A stretch of 17,150 bases of DNA. Source: Polyangiales bacterium. Its GTDB lineage: Bacteria > Myxococcota_A > Polyangia > Polyangiales > Polyangiaceae. This document shows positions 1 to 8,900 of this stretch, piece after piece. The notes beneath the pieces were generated by a model. It made no database searches. It worked only from the letters and a program-made list of their open reading frames with translations, and was not told where the DNA came from. The DNA lies in assembly GCA_038230375.1 (NCBI GenBank), contig JBBRNJ010000127.1, forward strand, positions 1-17,150, given 5' to 3'. Position 1 is the first letter of the stretch; every line of letters starts with the position of its first letter. The position numbers were made by a program, and so were the translations under genes.

Positions 1-138
1 GACAACGACTTCGACATCGACTTTGACAACGACCCCTACCCCGACCTCGACCACGACCCCGACTTAGACAACGACCCCGACCCCGACCTCGACCCCGACC
101 CAAACTTCACCTTCACCCTCGACCCTCCCCCTGACCTC
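1..138 (+). repeat. Degenerate hexamer tandem repeat, mostly GACnnC
   Basis: GACAAC GACTTC GACATC GACTTT GACAAC GACCCC TACCCC GACCTC GACCAC GACCCC...; runs off the window start. Confidence 0.85.
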
Positions 139-301
139 TGCCCGGCATTCACCGGTTCTGCCTGCGTTGGCGCTTGCGGCTCCTCGACCGAGCGCGGTCG
201 TTCCCGCTTCTTCCGTCAGCGCAGCGCTGGTGAAGCCGCCTGCGTCTGCGACTGTTGCAGCGTCCGCGAAACCACCCGATGTCGATCCGCATCCGTTCTG
301 A
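2..301 (+). CDS. 3' end of a partial CDS with a Thr/Pro/Ser-rich low-complexity linker ending ...KPPDVDPHPF*; resembles the C-terminal tail of a myxobacterial Ser/Thr kinase-type protein
   Basis: Frame 2 reads TTTSTSTLTTTPTPTSTTTPT*TTTPTPTSTPTQ...AASAKPPDVDPHPF, with TGA at 299-301, 16 nt before the next gene. One in-frame TAG at 65-67 sits where the repeat predicts TCG/CCG/ACG, so it may be a base-call error. Not in the ORF track. Kinase identity is inference only. Confidence 0.45.
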
Positions 302-317
302 GCGGGCGGCGGCGGGT

Positions 318-1322
318 GTGGCGCGGCGAGCGTGGGAAACGCGTCTCGCCGCGTTGTTTGTATTGTGCACGCTTCTCCTCGCAGCTTCGCGGCCTGCGTT
401 CGCGGGGGACGATCTCGAGGCGCATCGAGAGCGATTTCGCGTGGGGTACGAGAAGTACATGGGGCGCGACTTTGCCGGCGCGATCGTGGAGTGGGAGGCG
501 ATCTATCGGGAGCTGGGCGCGGAGCGCGGCTATCGGCTCGCGTTCAACCTGGCGCGTGCGTACGACGCGTACGGTGACTACACGCGTGCCGCGGAGGCCT
601 ACGAAGGCTATCTCGGTGAGGTCGCGAAGAAGAAGGATGGGCCGCCGCTCGAGCCGATCGTCGTGAAGCAGGCGGAGGAGGCGGAGGAGCGGCTGAAGGA
701 GCTCGCCAAGACCCGTGGCCGCGTGAAGGTACGGACGCAGGGCCGTGCGATCATCGTACAGGTAGACACTGGAGAGCCGCGCGTCTCTGGCTTCACGGCG
801 TACGTCGCGCCGGGCGCGCACACCATCACGTGGAACCCAGGTACGGCGGACGAGCGCAAGATCGACATCAAGGTCGCGGAGGGAGAGCTCGAGGTCGTTG
901 AGCCGCCGCCGCCCGTTGTCGTGGTTCCCAACCCGAACGCTGGAGGAACCAGAGCCGGTATGCCGCCACCACCACCACCGGTGACGACGATCGAGCGACC
1001 GTTCCCCGCATGGGCTCTTTACGCGGGCGCGGGCGTGACCGCGCTCAGCGTCGCGATCCCGATCGGCTTCTACGTCGACGCGAGCAGCAAGCTCTCGCAG
1101 AACCAGAAGGAGAGCGAACCCGTCGCACAGGGGCGCCTCGCGGACAGCTACGAGGATGCGCGACGCACGGCGTACATCTCGTGGGTCGTGCCCTCGGCCC
1201 TCGCGACGCTCACACTGGGGGCGACCGCGTACTATTTTTTTGGCGGGACGGAGAAGACGATCACACCGACGATGTCAGTGACGGGGAAGAGCGCAAACGC
1301 AGGGATCGTGGGCCGGTTCTGA
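318..1322 (+). CDS. Exported TPR + PEGA-like domain protein of myxobacterial type
   Basis: Signal peptide [29 protein letters not shown] from the GTG at 318 (ORF track starts at 255). TPR-like helices ([47 protein letters not shown]), a PEGA-like beta segment ([13 protein letters not shown]), a Pro-rich linker, two hydrophobic segments and a C-terminal GIVGRF. Start codon uncertain. Confidence 0.75.
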   Translation: MARRAWETRLAALFVLCTLLLAASRPAFAGDDLEAHRERFRVGYEKYMGRDFAGAIVEWEAIYRELGAERGYRLAFNLARAYDAYGDYTRAAEAYEGYLGEVAKKKDGPPLEPIVVKQAEEAEERLKELAKTRGRVKVRTQGRAIIVQVDTGEPRVSGFTAYVAPGAHTITWNPGTADERKIDIKVAEGELEVVEPPPPVVVVPNPNAGGTRAGMPPPPPPVTTIERPFPAWALYAGAGVTALSVAIPIGFYVDASSKLSQNQKESEPVAQGRLADSYEDARRTAYISWVVPSALATLTLGATAYYFFGGTEKTITPTMSVTGKSANAGIVGRF

Positions 1323-1332
1323 GGAACGCCCG

Positions 1333-2628
1333 CTACTCCGTATTCGCGATCCCGTACTTCCGCAGGTACGCGCGCACGTGGTGGCGCTCCATTCCGCTCT
1401 GCCGCGCCATCTCGCTCACGTTGCCCTTCGCTGCCTTCGATAGCGACGCGAAGTACTCGCGCTCGAACCCGGCCACGGCGACGCGCTTCGCCTCCGTGAA
1501 CGCGGTCTGCGCGGCGCGCGGTTGCCCGTCGTCGTCTCGCGCGAGCGTGAGCACATCGTCGATGGCTTCCGGCGTGTCCGCGAGCGTTGCGGCCACGGAC
1601 GCCACGTTGACGAGCTCTCGCACGTTGCCTGGCCAATCGTGCGCGCCCATGCGCTGCTCGATCCATGCGAGCACGATTCCCGCGTGCTCCTTCTTTCCTG
1701 CGCGCAGGCAGATCTCTTCCACCAGCTGTGGAAGATCGGCCGTGCGTTCGCGCAGCGGCGGAAGCTCCACGCGTACCTGCGCGATGCGGAAGAACAGGTC
1801 GCTGCGGAAGCGGCCAGCGTTCATCTCCAGCGAGAGATCGCGCCGCGTTGCCGCGAGGACGCGCACGTCCATCGGTTCGAACGCCGAGCCGCCCACGCGC
1901 TTCACCTGTCGCTCCGCGAGCGCGCGCAAGAGCTTGGGCTGGAGATCCAGCGGGAGCTCGCCCAGCTCGTCCAGGAACAGCGTCCCCGTGTCTGCCTCCG
2001 CGAGCGCGCCCTTCTTGCGCTCGGTCGCCCCCGTGAACACGCCCTTCTCGTGACCGAACAGGATGCTCTCTGCCAGGGTCGGTGGAATGCTCCCGCAGTC
2101 AACGACGACGAACGGTTTGTCCTTGCGAGGACTGTGGTCATGGATGCCTCGCGCGACGACCTCCTTGCCCGTCCCGGTCTCGCCCAGGATGAGCACCGAA
2201 AGCGGCGTTGGAGCGACCCGCTCCAGCACGCTGAAGATCCGCCTCATGCGTGGTGTGCTGCCAACGAGCCCGCCGAAGCGATCCGCGAACCCGACATCGA
2301 CGCGTGACTTCTGCGCTGGCTCGACCGCGAGCTTGGTCTGACCGCAGAGGATCTCCGCGCTGCCGGTCAGGATGCCCTCCTTGATGCGCACGCCCGCGAT
2401 CAGGGTGCCGTTCGTGCTGCCCAGGTCCCGGACCAGGATGCCCTCGTTCACGGCGCGCAGCTCGCAGTGGAGAGCGCTCACCTCGGGATCGTTCAGCCGG
2501 ACACCAGCGCCCTCTTCTCGACCGACGACGAGCGGGTCCACGTCGATCGTGTGGGTCTGCCCCTCCGGTGTGCGAAGGGTGCCCCCACGGACGAACCAGT
2601 TGAGCGTGCGCGTTCGCGTCTCGGACAT
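1333..2628 (-). CDS. FHA-domain sigma54-dependent enhancer-binding protein (FHA-AAA+-Fis-type HTH)
   Basis: FHA motifs VGR, VSALH and DLGSTNGT; Walker A GETGTGKE; loop GVFTGA (GAFTGA variant); Walker B LFLDE; R-finger region [19 protein letters not shown]-terminal [29 protein letters not shown]. Confidence 0.95.
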   Translation of the reverse strand: MSETRTRTLNWFVRGGTLRTPEGQTHTIDVDPLVVGREEGAGVRLNDPEVSALHCELRAVNEGILVRDLGSTNGTLIAGVRIKEGILTGSAEILCGQTKLAVEPAQKSRVDVGFADRFGGLVGSTPRMRRIFSVLERVAPTPLSVLILGETGTGKEVVARGIHDHSPRKDKPFVVVDCGSIPPTLAESILFGHEKGVFTGATERKKGALAEADTGTLFLDELGELPLDLQPKLLRALAERQVKRVGGSAFEPMDVRVLAATRRDLSLEMNAGRFRSDLFFRIAQVRVELPPLRERTADLPQLVEEICLRAGKKEHAGIVLAWIEQRMGAHDWPGNVRELVNVASVAATLADTPEAIDDVLTLARDDDGQPRAAQTAFTEAKRVAVAGFEREYFASLSKAAKGNVSEMARQSGMERHHVRAYLRKYGIANTE

Positions 2629-2634
2629 GTGCGT

Positions 2635-2640
2635 AGAATA
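2635..2640 (-). promoter_or_regulatory. Putative -10 hexamer (TATTCT) of a leaderless promoter for the EBP gene
   Basis: Minus strand reads TATTCT-ACGCAC-ATG: a TAnnnT hexamer 6 nt before the start codon, with no Shine-Dalgarno. Confidence 0.5.
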
Positions 2641-2703
2641 CCGACGGGGCGGAATCCAGGCTCACTTTTCGGAACGTGCGTGGCATGGGTGCGAGCCGCT
2701 CAC

Positions 2704-2721
2704 CGAACCGGCAGCGGTTCG
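2704..2721. promoter_or_regulatory. Inverted repeat CGAACCG-N4-CGGTTCG, candidate upstream activator site
   Basis: Perfect 7-bp arms, centred about 110 bp upstream of the predicted sigma54 start site. Confidence 0.4.
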
Positions 2722-2795
2722 ACCTGGACGCACGGACGTTCACGGGGGACACTGGAGAAAGAGCAGGAATCCTGCCCTTCCCGTGCCTCTCCTCA

Positions 2796-2811
2796 TGGCA
2801 TGGCGCATGCT
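2796..2811 (+). promoter_or_regulatory. Sigma54 (-24/-12) promoter for the lipoprotein gene
   Basis: TGGCATGGCGCATGCT has exact GG-N10-GC spacing and is close to the TGGCAC-N5-TTGC consensus. It lies just upstream of the ATG at 2824, divergent from a sigma54 EBP gene. Confidence 0.7.
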
Positions 2812-2823
2812 CGAGAGATCAAC

Positions 2824-3672
2824 ATGGTCCGATCCATCCACCTCATGCTCCCGCTCTGCGGTGCTCTCGCGTTCGGGGCGTGCGCGCCCCACAAGGGCTC
2901 CGGTGGCACGACCACGAACCCCACGTCGGACCTGGAGTCGCAGTCGCTCGCGGACGACGGGACGGACACCTCTGCCTCCGAGGGCGACGCGGTCTCGCTC
3001 ACGGGCACGCTCCTGTCTTCCAGCGGCGGTAGCGTCGGGCTCGCAGGTGAGCCGGGCTCGGACCTCTCGCTCGACAACGTGGGCAACGGCGCGCGGCTGT
3101 TCTTCCTGCCCGTCGGCTGCCTTGTCGTGACGAACCCCACGACCGACAGCGTGCAGTACGCCTTCAACGACTGCACTGGTCCGCGCGGCATCTTCCATCT
3201 CACGGGCGTGGTCGGCGTGACCTACGCAACGGCGAACGGGACGCTCTCGCTCGACATCACCAGCAAGGGCCTGCAGGTGAACAAGGCGACCATGGACTGG
3301 ACCGCCAAGGCAACCGTCACAGCGTCGGGCGCGATGCGCACCATGAACTGGACGGGGCACTTCACCGGCGTCACGCGCGGCGGCCGCCAGATCACGCGCG
3401 ACAACACCAAGACTGTCACGTGGACCGTCGGCGACTCGTGCTTCACCCTCAACGGCACCTCCGAGGGCACCATCGGCGCGCGCGACGTGAAGACCGAGCT
3501 CATCAGCTACAAGCGCTGCAAGGCCAGCTGCCCCGAGGCGGGCAGCGAGATCAAGCTCACGAACGTGAACCTCGGCAAGACGGTGGACCTCACGTACGGC
3601 ACCGGCGAAGCAACCTTCACCGACGCCGCGGGCGACAAGATCACGGTCACCCCGCTCTGCGCCAGTCTCTGA
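2824..3672 (+). CDS. Uncharacterised beta-rich lipoprotein
   Basis: Lipoprotein-type signal MVRSIHLMLPLCGALAFGA-C; Thr/Gly/Ser-rich mature part with 6 further Cys; strong G/C bias at third codon positions from 2824. The ORF-track extension to 2467 overlaps the EBP gene and is unlikely. Confidence 0.8.
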   Translation: MVRSIHLMLPLCGALAFGACAPHKGSGGTTTNPTSDLESQSLADDGTDTSASEGDAVSLTGTLLSSSGGSVGLAGEPGSDLSLDNVGNGARLFFLPVGCLVVTNPTTDSVQYAFNDCTGPRGIFHLTGVVGVTYATANGTLSLDITSKGLQVNKATMDWTAKATVTASGAMRTMNWTGHFTGVTRGGRQITRDNTKTVTWTVGDSCFTLNGTSEGTIGARDVKTELISYKRCKASCPEAGSEIKLTNVNLGKTVDLTYGTGEATFTDAAGDKITVTPLCASL

Positions 3673-3701
3673 TCCGATCCGCAGGGACTCGGGGAGCGGC
3701 G

Positions 3702-4637
3702 TCAGTTCAGCGTCGTCTCGGTCTCTTGCTTCGCCGCCTGAAGCGTCTTCTCCATCGACGCGCTCTGCGCCGTCGCTGCGGGCTTGTCGGCCCTTGGCAT
3801 CGTCGGCGCTGCCTTCTTCGGCTCCGGTTTCAGCTCCGCGCGCGGCTCTCGCCTGGTTTCGATCTTCGGGGCTGCTGGCTTCGTAGATGCGGACGCCGCG
3901 GGCGTGAATGATGTGGGGACCGCGCCTCGAACGGACGCAGCACGCGGCGGGATGACGGACGAAGCGGGTGCCTCGGCGGTCTCCAACGCTACTTGTGTCG
4001 TCGCCGCCGCGTGCGTGGACGCTTGCTCCGTCTGGTAACGAACCGCGGCCGCGTACCAGCCCGTGCCCGCGAGCACCATGATCATGACGAAGAGGAGCAT
4101 CCTCGACTCGCGCTCCGGCGGCGCGACCACGGCCGCACTCCGGGAATCGTCCGCGTCGCTCGTAGTCTCGGAGGAGAGCGCGACGGGTGCGGTCGAGGGC
4201 GGTGTGGCCGGCGGCAACGACATCATCCATGGCGGCGGCACCGGCGGACGAGCCGCGACGCGGGCGGGTGCGCGCGCCAGAATGTGTCCGCGATACGCCT
4301 CGAACGACCACGGCGACACAGGACGCAACTTGAACGGGAGCGCGTTCTTCCGCGGCGGCGCGGGAGGCGCGGGCGGCGGAAGCGTCGCCACCATCACGCG
4401 CGGAGGGGGGGGCTCGCGCCTGCGTCTCGAAGAAGCAGGCTCCACGCTGAGTATCTCGACCGGCGGCAGCGGCGGAGGCAAGGGCACCTCCTCGATCTCG
4501 ACGTAGATGAGGGTCTCCTCTTCCCAGGAGTCGACGTCGTCGTCATCGCAGTAGATGTCGAGCTCGTCGCAGCAGGAATCGGGTGGGTTTTGTGGAAGCG
4601 CTGACAACGAGCCCACGTGAAGCGAAAACCTTGCCAA
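3702..4637 (-). CDS. Pro-rich, probably largely disordered single-pass membrane protein of unknown function
   Basis: Acidic N-terminus, long Pro-rich region, one TM segment (MLLFVMIMVLAGTGWYAAAV) and an Ala/Pro/Lys-rich C-terminal part. Fills the gap between neighbours. TTG start is uncertain. Confidence 0.65.
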   Translation of the reverse strand: MARFSLHVGSLSALPQNPPDSCCDELDIYCDDDDVDSWEEETLIYVEIEEVPLPPPLPPVEILSVEPASSRRRREPPPPRVMVATLPPPAPPAPPRKNALPFKLRPVSPWSFEAYRGHILARAPARVAARPPVPPPWMMSLPPATPPSTAPVALSSETTSDADDSRSAAVVAPPERESRMLLFVMIMVLAGTGWYAAAVRYQTEQASTHAAATTQVALETAEAPASSVIPPRAASVRGAVPTSFTPAASASTKPAAPKIETRREPRAELKPEPKKAAPTMPRADKPAATAQSASMEKTLQAAKQETETTLN

Positions 4638-4715
4638 GCTGCAAGGCGCTGATTCCAGGCGAATACGTGACCGACCTGCGAGATCGGGCCCTCAACCTGC
4701 TGCCGCTTTCAGGCC

Positions 4716-6533
4716 TCAGTTCAGAGCTGCAGTCCTGCTGGACCGGAGCGTCGCGAGCAGCTCCGTGAGCTCCACTTCCAGCGCGTCCACGGTCTTCTCC
4801 GCTTCCGGGTCGTAGCGGACCTGCGCGTAGTGCACGAGCACGTCTGCTGCATTCGTTCGCCCCGCTTCGCGTACTCGCTCCGCGAACGCCTCGATCCCCT
4901 CCCACGGCTCGCGTGCAAGGCCAAGCTTCGCGAGCGCCTCCGACACGTCCGCGAACATCCGATGTGCCTCGACGTCGGCTACCTTCGCGCGCCGCTTGCC
5001 GCGCCGGAGCAGTCGCCGCGAGAGCAGGAATGCGGACAGGAGCCCCAGCGTGCCAAGCAGCCATGCGGGCTGCTCCGCGAGCATCTGACCGAACATCGCG
5101 AGCTTCTCACGCCCAGCATCGAACGCTGCGCTCGCGTCCGACACTGCCCTTGGTGTCATCGCTTCCGTGGGCGGCGTGGGGTCGATCGTGCGCCAGCGTC
5201 CCTTCGCGCGATCCCAGATCTCCACCCAGGCATGCGCGTGGCGCTCGCGGACCACATCGTAGTGGCCGTACGGGTTCTCCTCCACCACGCGATAGCCCGC
5301 CACCACGCGCGATGGGATACCGAGCGCGCGCGCCAGGAGCGCCAGCGCCGACGCGAAGTACTCGCAGTGGCCCTCCTTGTTCACCAGCAAGAAGTCCATG
5401 ATCGCGGAGTGGTCCTTCTGGGCCCGTGTCCGCGAGAGTGAGTAGCGATAGTTCGCGGACAGGTAGCTCGTGAGCAACAGGAGCCGCTTCGCATCGTCCT
5501 TCTCGTCGCCGACGATCTGCTCCGCCACCGGGACCATCCTCTTTCGCAGCGCCTCTGGGATCTCCGTGTCCTTTGCGTCCGGCGGGTCCGTCATGGTCCC
5601 GCCCTTCGGATCGATCGTGTAGTCCGAGATGCCCGCGGCGACCGTCGCCACGCCGTACGAGTTCTGCACCGCGCCATCCGAGATGCCGACCCCGCCGAGC
5701 GGCGCGAAGAGATGCATCGTGGGCTTGGAGGAGGAGACGGTGATCGCGCCCTTGCCTGCGCCGGTGAAGATGACCTTCTGGCGCGACACGCCCCAGGACT
5801 CGCCACGCTCGAACGAGTCCATGACGGAGCCGCGGAGGTAGTCCGGGTGACCACCGCGGATGCGCATCACGATCACGTCCGACGTCTCCATCCCGCTGGG
5901 CCCACCCAGGACAACGCGGTTGGAGAAGCCCGTACGGCTCATGCCGTAACCCATGAGAAAGCGATTGCTGGTCATGTGCGGCGTGACCCACGCCAGCGCG
6001 CCCGCGAGCGATGCGCCGAGCAGCAGCACGAGCGCGGCTGCCCACGGGTGGTCCTTGATGAGTCGAAGCGGCGACGCATCACCCGCGGACCACGCGAGCG
6101 CGAGCGCGAGCGCCACTGACGCCGCAGCGTAGGTGTCCTTGCTCGGCTCGCGCGAGCCGCCAATGGCGACCATCGCAAATGCGAGCAAAGCGAAATCGAT
6201 GCGCCCCTTCCACGCGGGCGCCGCGAGTGGGAGCCGGCCGATTGCAGCGCCCAGGAAGAGCGCACAGGCCTCCACGGGCAGCCGACCATCCAGCGTGCGC
6301 GCAAGTGCATACGCCGCGGCACCACTGCCAAGGGCATAGATGAACTGCCAGATGAACGTTGGTGCGTTCGCGCGGAGGTACGCCAGACCCACGACCAGAC
6401 CGACAAGAAGCGCGCCTCCAACGAGCCACGTCCTGTAGAGGAGCGTGAGCGACACGATGCACACGAGGTGCGGCAAGAGCTCGCGCAGGCCGTGCTTCGC
6501 GGGCGTGCTCGGTGCTGTGGCCTCCGTGGTCAT
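4716..6533 (-). CDS. TgpA-like membrane protein with a transglutaminase-like domain
   Basis: Multiple N-terminal TM segments; GHCEYFASA, GIPSRVVAGY, HAHAWVE and IDPTP give the Cys-His-Asp triad; C-terminal TM and tail. ATGA overlap with the upstream DUF58 gene. Confidence 0.9.
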   Translation of the reverse strand: MTTEATAPSTPAKHGLRELLPHLVCIVSLTLLYRTWLVGGALLVGLVVGLAYLRANAPTFIWQFIYALGSGAAAYALARTLDGRLPVEACALFLGAAIGRLPLAAPAWKGRIDFALLAFAMVAIGGSREPSKDTYAAASVALALALAWSAGDASPLRLIKDHPWAAALVLLLGASLAGALAWVTPHMTSNRFLMGYGMSRTGFSNRVVLGGPSGMETSDVIVMRIRGGHPDYLRGSVMDSFERGESWGVSRQKVIFTGAGKGAITVSSSKPTMHLFAPLGGVGISDGAVQNSYGVATVAAGISDYTIDPKGGTMTDPPDAKDTEIPEALRKRMVPVAEQIVGDEKDDAKRLLLLTSYLSANYRYSLSRTRAQKDHSAIMDFLLVNKEGHCEYFASALALLARALGIPSRVVAGYRVVEENPYGHYDVVRERHAHAWVEIWDRAKGRWRTIDPTPPTEAMTPRAVSDASAAFDAGREKLAMFGQMLAEQPAWLLGTLGLLSAFLLSRRLLRRGKRRAKVADVEAHRMFADVSEALAKLGLAREPWEGIEAFAERVREAGRTNAADVLVHYAQVRYDPEAEKTVDALEVELTELLATLRSSRTAALN

Positions 6534-7867
6534 AGGGAGATCGGTCCTCCGCCGCGGATGCTCTCTGTGGTGACGACCATGGCGTCGCCCTTGATGCCGC
6601 TTCTCTCGGCCTCATCGCAGACCACGATGCGGAGCAAGCGCACGCCGCGCCGTTCCAGCTCGCTCGCGAGCTTCTGCTGGTTCTTGTCGAAGCTCCCGGA
6701 CACGAGCACTGCGGAGGAGAGCTGCTCGGCCTCGCCAGCGACGCGCGCGATCAGCGCCGCCGGATCGAACGGCGCGCTGCGCTCGACGGACGCCAGGAAA
6801 TCCAGCGCCTGCTCCACGTAGCCAAGGCTGCGTCCGAGCAGCATGGTCTGCACGCGTTCCCCGGCGACGAGCAGGTCGATGAGCGCCTCGCCGCGCGAGA
6901 GGTGCATGACTATGCCGGCCACGAGCTCGATCGCGGCCTCGAAGCTCTCCTCCGTGTACGCGCTTCCCTCCGTGTCCAGGAAGACGCCCACGCGTGAGAA
7001 GTATTCCTCGCGGTACTCGCGCACCGCAGGCTTTCCGGTGCGGGCCCACGTGCGCGCCGAGATGTCGCGCAGCCGATCGCCGCGTCGATAGTCGCGCACG
7101 CCGAAGAGCTCCATCGAGTCCCCGAGCTTGGACGCGAGCGCCACGCCACCGGGCTGGTTCCGCCTTGCGAGCTCCAGCTTCACGTGCGTCACGTTCGCCG
7201 GGCGCGGCACCACCCGCACGTCCAGCTCCGCGCTTCGCCCGACGCGCCGCTGCGTGAGCCCCAGCGGCGCGACCTCGTACGCGGAGAAGTTGTCGAGGGT
7301 GAAGTCACCGCGCCTGTCGAAGCGCAGCGGGCAGGAGATGCGCGCCCGCCCCTCCTTGTCCCAGTCGAGCACCAGCGGCTGCGGGGCCTGCCAGTGCGCA
7401 AAATACGGTAAAAATGGCCGACCGATGCGCACCGCGCCTGGCGTCTTCTCGCCGTCGAAGGACAGCGTCAGGTCCACGTCGAAGGGCTCGCCGCGGCTCA
7501 CGCGCGCCGGGACGGACAGCGCCGTCTTCAAGGTGGTCCTCCTCATGAGGAGTGCCGCGGCGATGGCTGCGCCCATCACGGCGAAGAGCACGTTCGAGAA
7601 CAGGTAGATCTGGGTGCGGTAGATATCGACGCCGACCACGCCGACAAGGATCACGATCACGAAGTAGGCGCGACCCTCCGGCGTGAACATCGCGTTGAGC
7701 CCAAGCAGGAAGCGAGCTGTCGGACCGAGCATGCGCGGGCGCTCGCCGTCGCGCACGGCCACGGGCATCGGGATCAGGATGTGGTTGAGGCGCGCCCAGT
7801 CCACCTTGCCCCGGTGACCGAAGAGCGCGTCTCTTGCTGCAAGGAGTCTGCTGTCCGGGCGCTGCAC
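6530..7867 (-). CDS. DUF58 domain protein (MoxR-associated)
   Basis: N-terminal TMs; RRGDF..; ELFGVRDYRRGDRLRDISARTWARTGKPAVREY matches the DUF58 signature; FLD..FEAAIE; lies between the MoxR and transglutaminase genes. Confidence 0.9.
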   Translation of the reverse strand: MQRPDSRLLAARDALFGHRGKVDWARLNHILIPMPVAVRDGERPRMLGPTARFLLGLNAMFTPEGRAYFVIVILVGVVGVDIYRTQIYLFSNVLFAVMGAAIAAALLMRRTTLKTALSVPARVSRGEPFDVDLTLSFDGEKTPGAVRIGRPFLPYFAHWQAPQPLVLDWDKEGRARISCPLRFDRRGDFTLDNFSAYEVAPLGLTQRRVGRSAELDVRVVPRPANVTHVKLELARRNQPGGVALASKLGDSMELFGVRDYRRGDRLRDISARTWARTGKPAVREYREEYFSRVGVFLDTEGSAYTEESFEAAIELVAGIVMHLSRGEALIDLLVAGERVQTMLLGRSLGYVEQALDFLASVERSAPFDPAALIARVAGEAEQLSSAVLVSGSFDKNQQKLASELERRGVRLLRIVVCDEAERSGIKGDAMVVTTESIRGGGPISL

Positions 7868-7896
7868 GGGCGTGCCTCTCTGACTCGGAGTTGTGA

Positions 7897-8877
7897 TCAG
7901 GTGGGGACCGGGACGCTCTTCACGATCTCGTCGATGACGGATTCCTTCTGCAGACCCGCGTGCCGCGCCTGCACCTTCAGCTGCACACGATGCGACAGCA
8001 CGCTCTCCGCCACCGCCTGCACGTCCTCGGGGCTGACATAGGAGCGTCCGCGCAGGAACGCGTGCGCCTGCGACGCGCGGAAAAAGGCAAGGGTGCCGCG
8101 CGGACTGACGCCCACCTCGAGACTGGCAGAGCCTCGCGTCTTGCGCGTGATGTCCACGATGTACTTGCCGACGATGTCGCGCACTTCCACGCGCGGCACC
8201 GCGGCCTGCAGTGCGAGGATCTCGGTCTTGTTGCAGATCGGCGTGAGCGCGTGGAGCGGGTCCTTGCCCTGGCGCGCGTAGAGCATCGCGAGCTCGTCCT
8301 CGATGCCGGGGTAGCCGAGCGACACGCGGAGCAGGAAGCGATCAAGCTGCGCCTCGGGCAGCGGATACGTCCCATGGAAGTCGGACGGGTTCTGCGTTGC
8401 GATGACGAAGAACGGCGGCTCGAGGACGTGCGTCTCGCCGTCGACGGAGACCTGCGCCTCGTTCATGGCCTCCAGCAGCGCCGACTGCGTGCGTGGCGAG
8501 GCGCGGTTGATCTCGTCGGCCAGGAGCACATGCGTGAAGATCGGACCGCGATGAAAGCTGAGGCTGTGATCGAGCGGGGACAGCATCAGCGAGCCCGTGA
8601 TGTCCGAAGGCAAGAGGTCCGGCGTGAACTGCACGCGCGTGAAGCCGATGCCGAGCACCTTCGCGAGCGCCTTTGCCAGCGTGGTCTTGCCAACGCCCGG
8701 GACGTCCTCGAGCAGCACGTGACCACCCGCGAGCACACCGAGCAGGACCAGTTCGACGGCGCGTGGCTTTCCGCGGACCACCTCGCCGAGCGCTGCCTTC
8801 ACGCGCCGCAGCGTCTCGTCAGCGGTGCGCTCGTGACTGGGCTCATGAGTGGGCTCATGAGTCCCGGTGCTTGCCAC
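7897..8877 (-). CDS. moxR: MoxR-family AAA+ ATPase
   Basis: GHVLLEDVPGVGKT (Walker A), RVQFTPDLLPSDITG, LLADEINRASPRTQSALLEAM, ATQNP, YPLPEAQLDRF, GVSPRG. Start moved to the in-frame GTG at 8877 (326 aa) to avoid overlap with the PilZ gene. Confidence 0.95.
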   Translation of the reverse strand: MASTGTHEPTHEPSHERTADETLRRVKAALGEVVRGKPRAVELVLLGVLAGGHVLLEDVPGVGKTTLAKALAKVLGIGFTRVQFTPDLLPSDITGSLMLSPLDHSLSFHRGPIFTHVLLADEINRASPRTQSALLEAMNEAQVSVDGETHVLEPPFFVIATQNPSDFHGTYPLPEAQLDRFLLRVSLGYPGIEDELAMLYARQGKDPLHALTPICNKTEILALQAAVPRVEVRDIVGKYIVDITRKTRGSASLEVGVSPRGTLAFFRASQAHAFLRGRSYVSPEDVQAVAESVLSHRVQLKVQARHAGLQKESVIDEIVKSVPVPT

Positions 8878-8900
8878 GGTCGCCGGCGTACGTTCAGGGC

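Noticed and set aside
2681..2696. Second TGGCATGG as another sigma54 promoter
   Set aside because: GG-to-GC spacing is 11 rather than the required 10.
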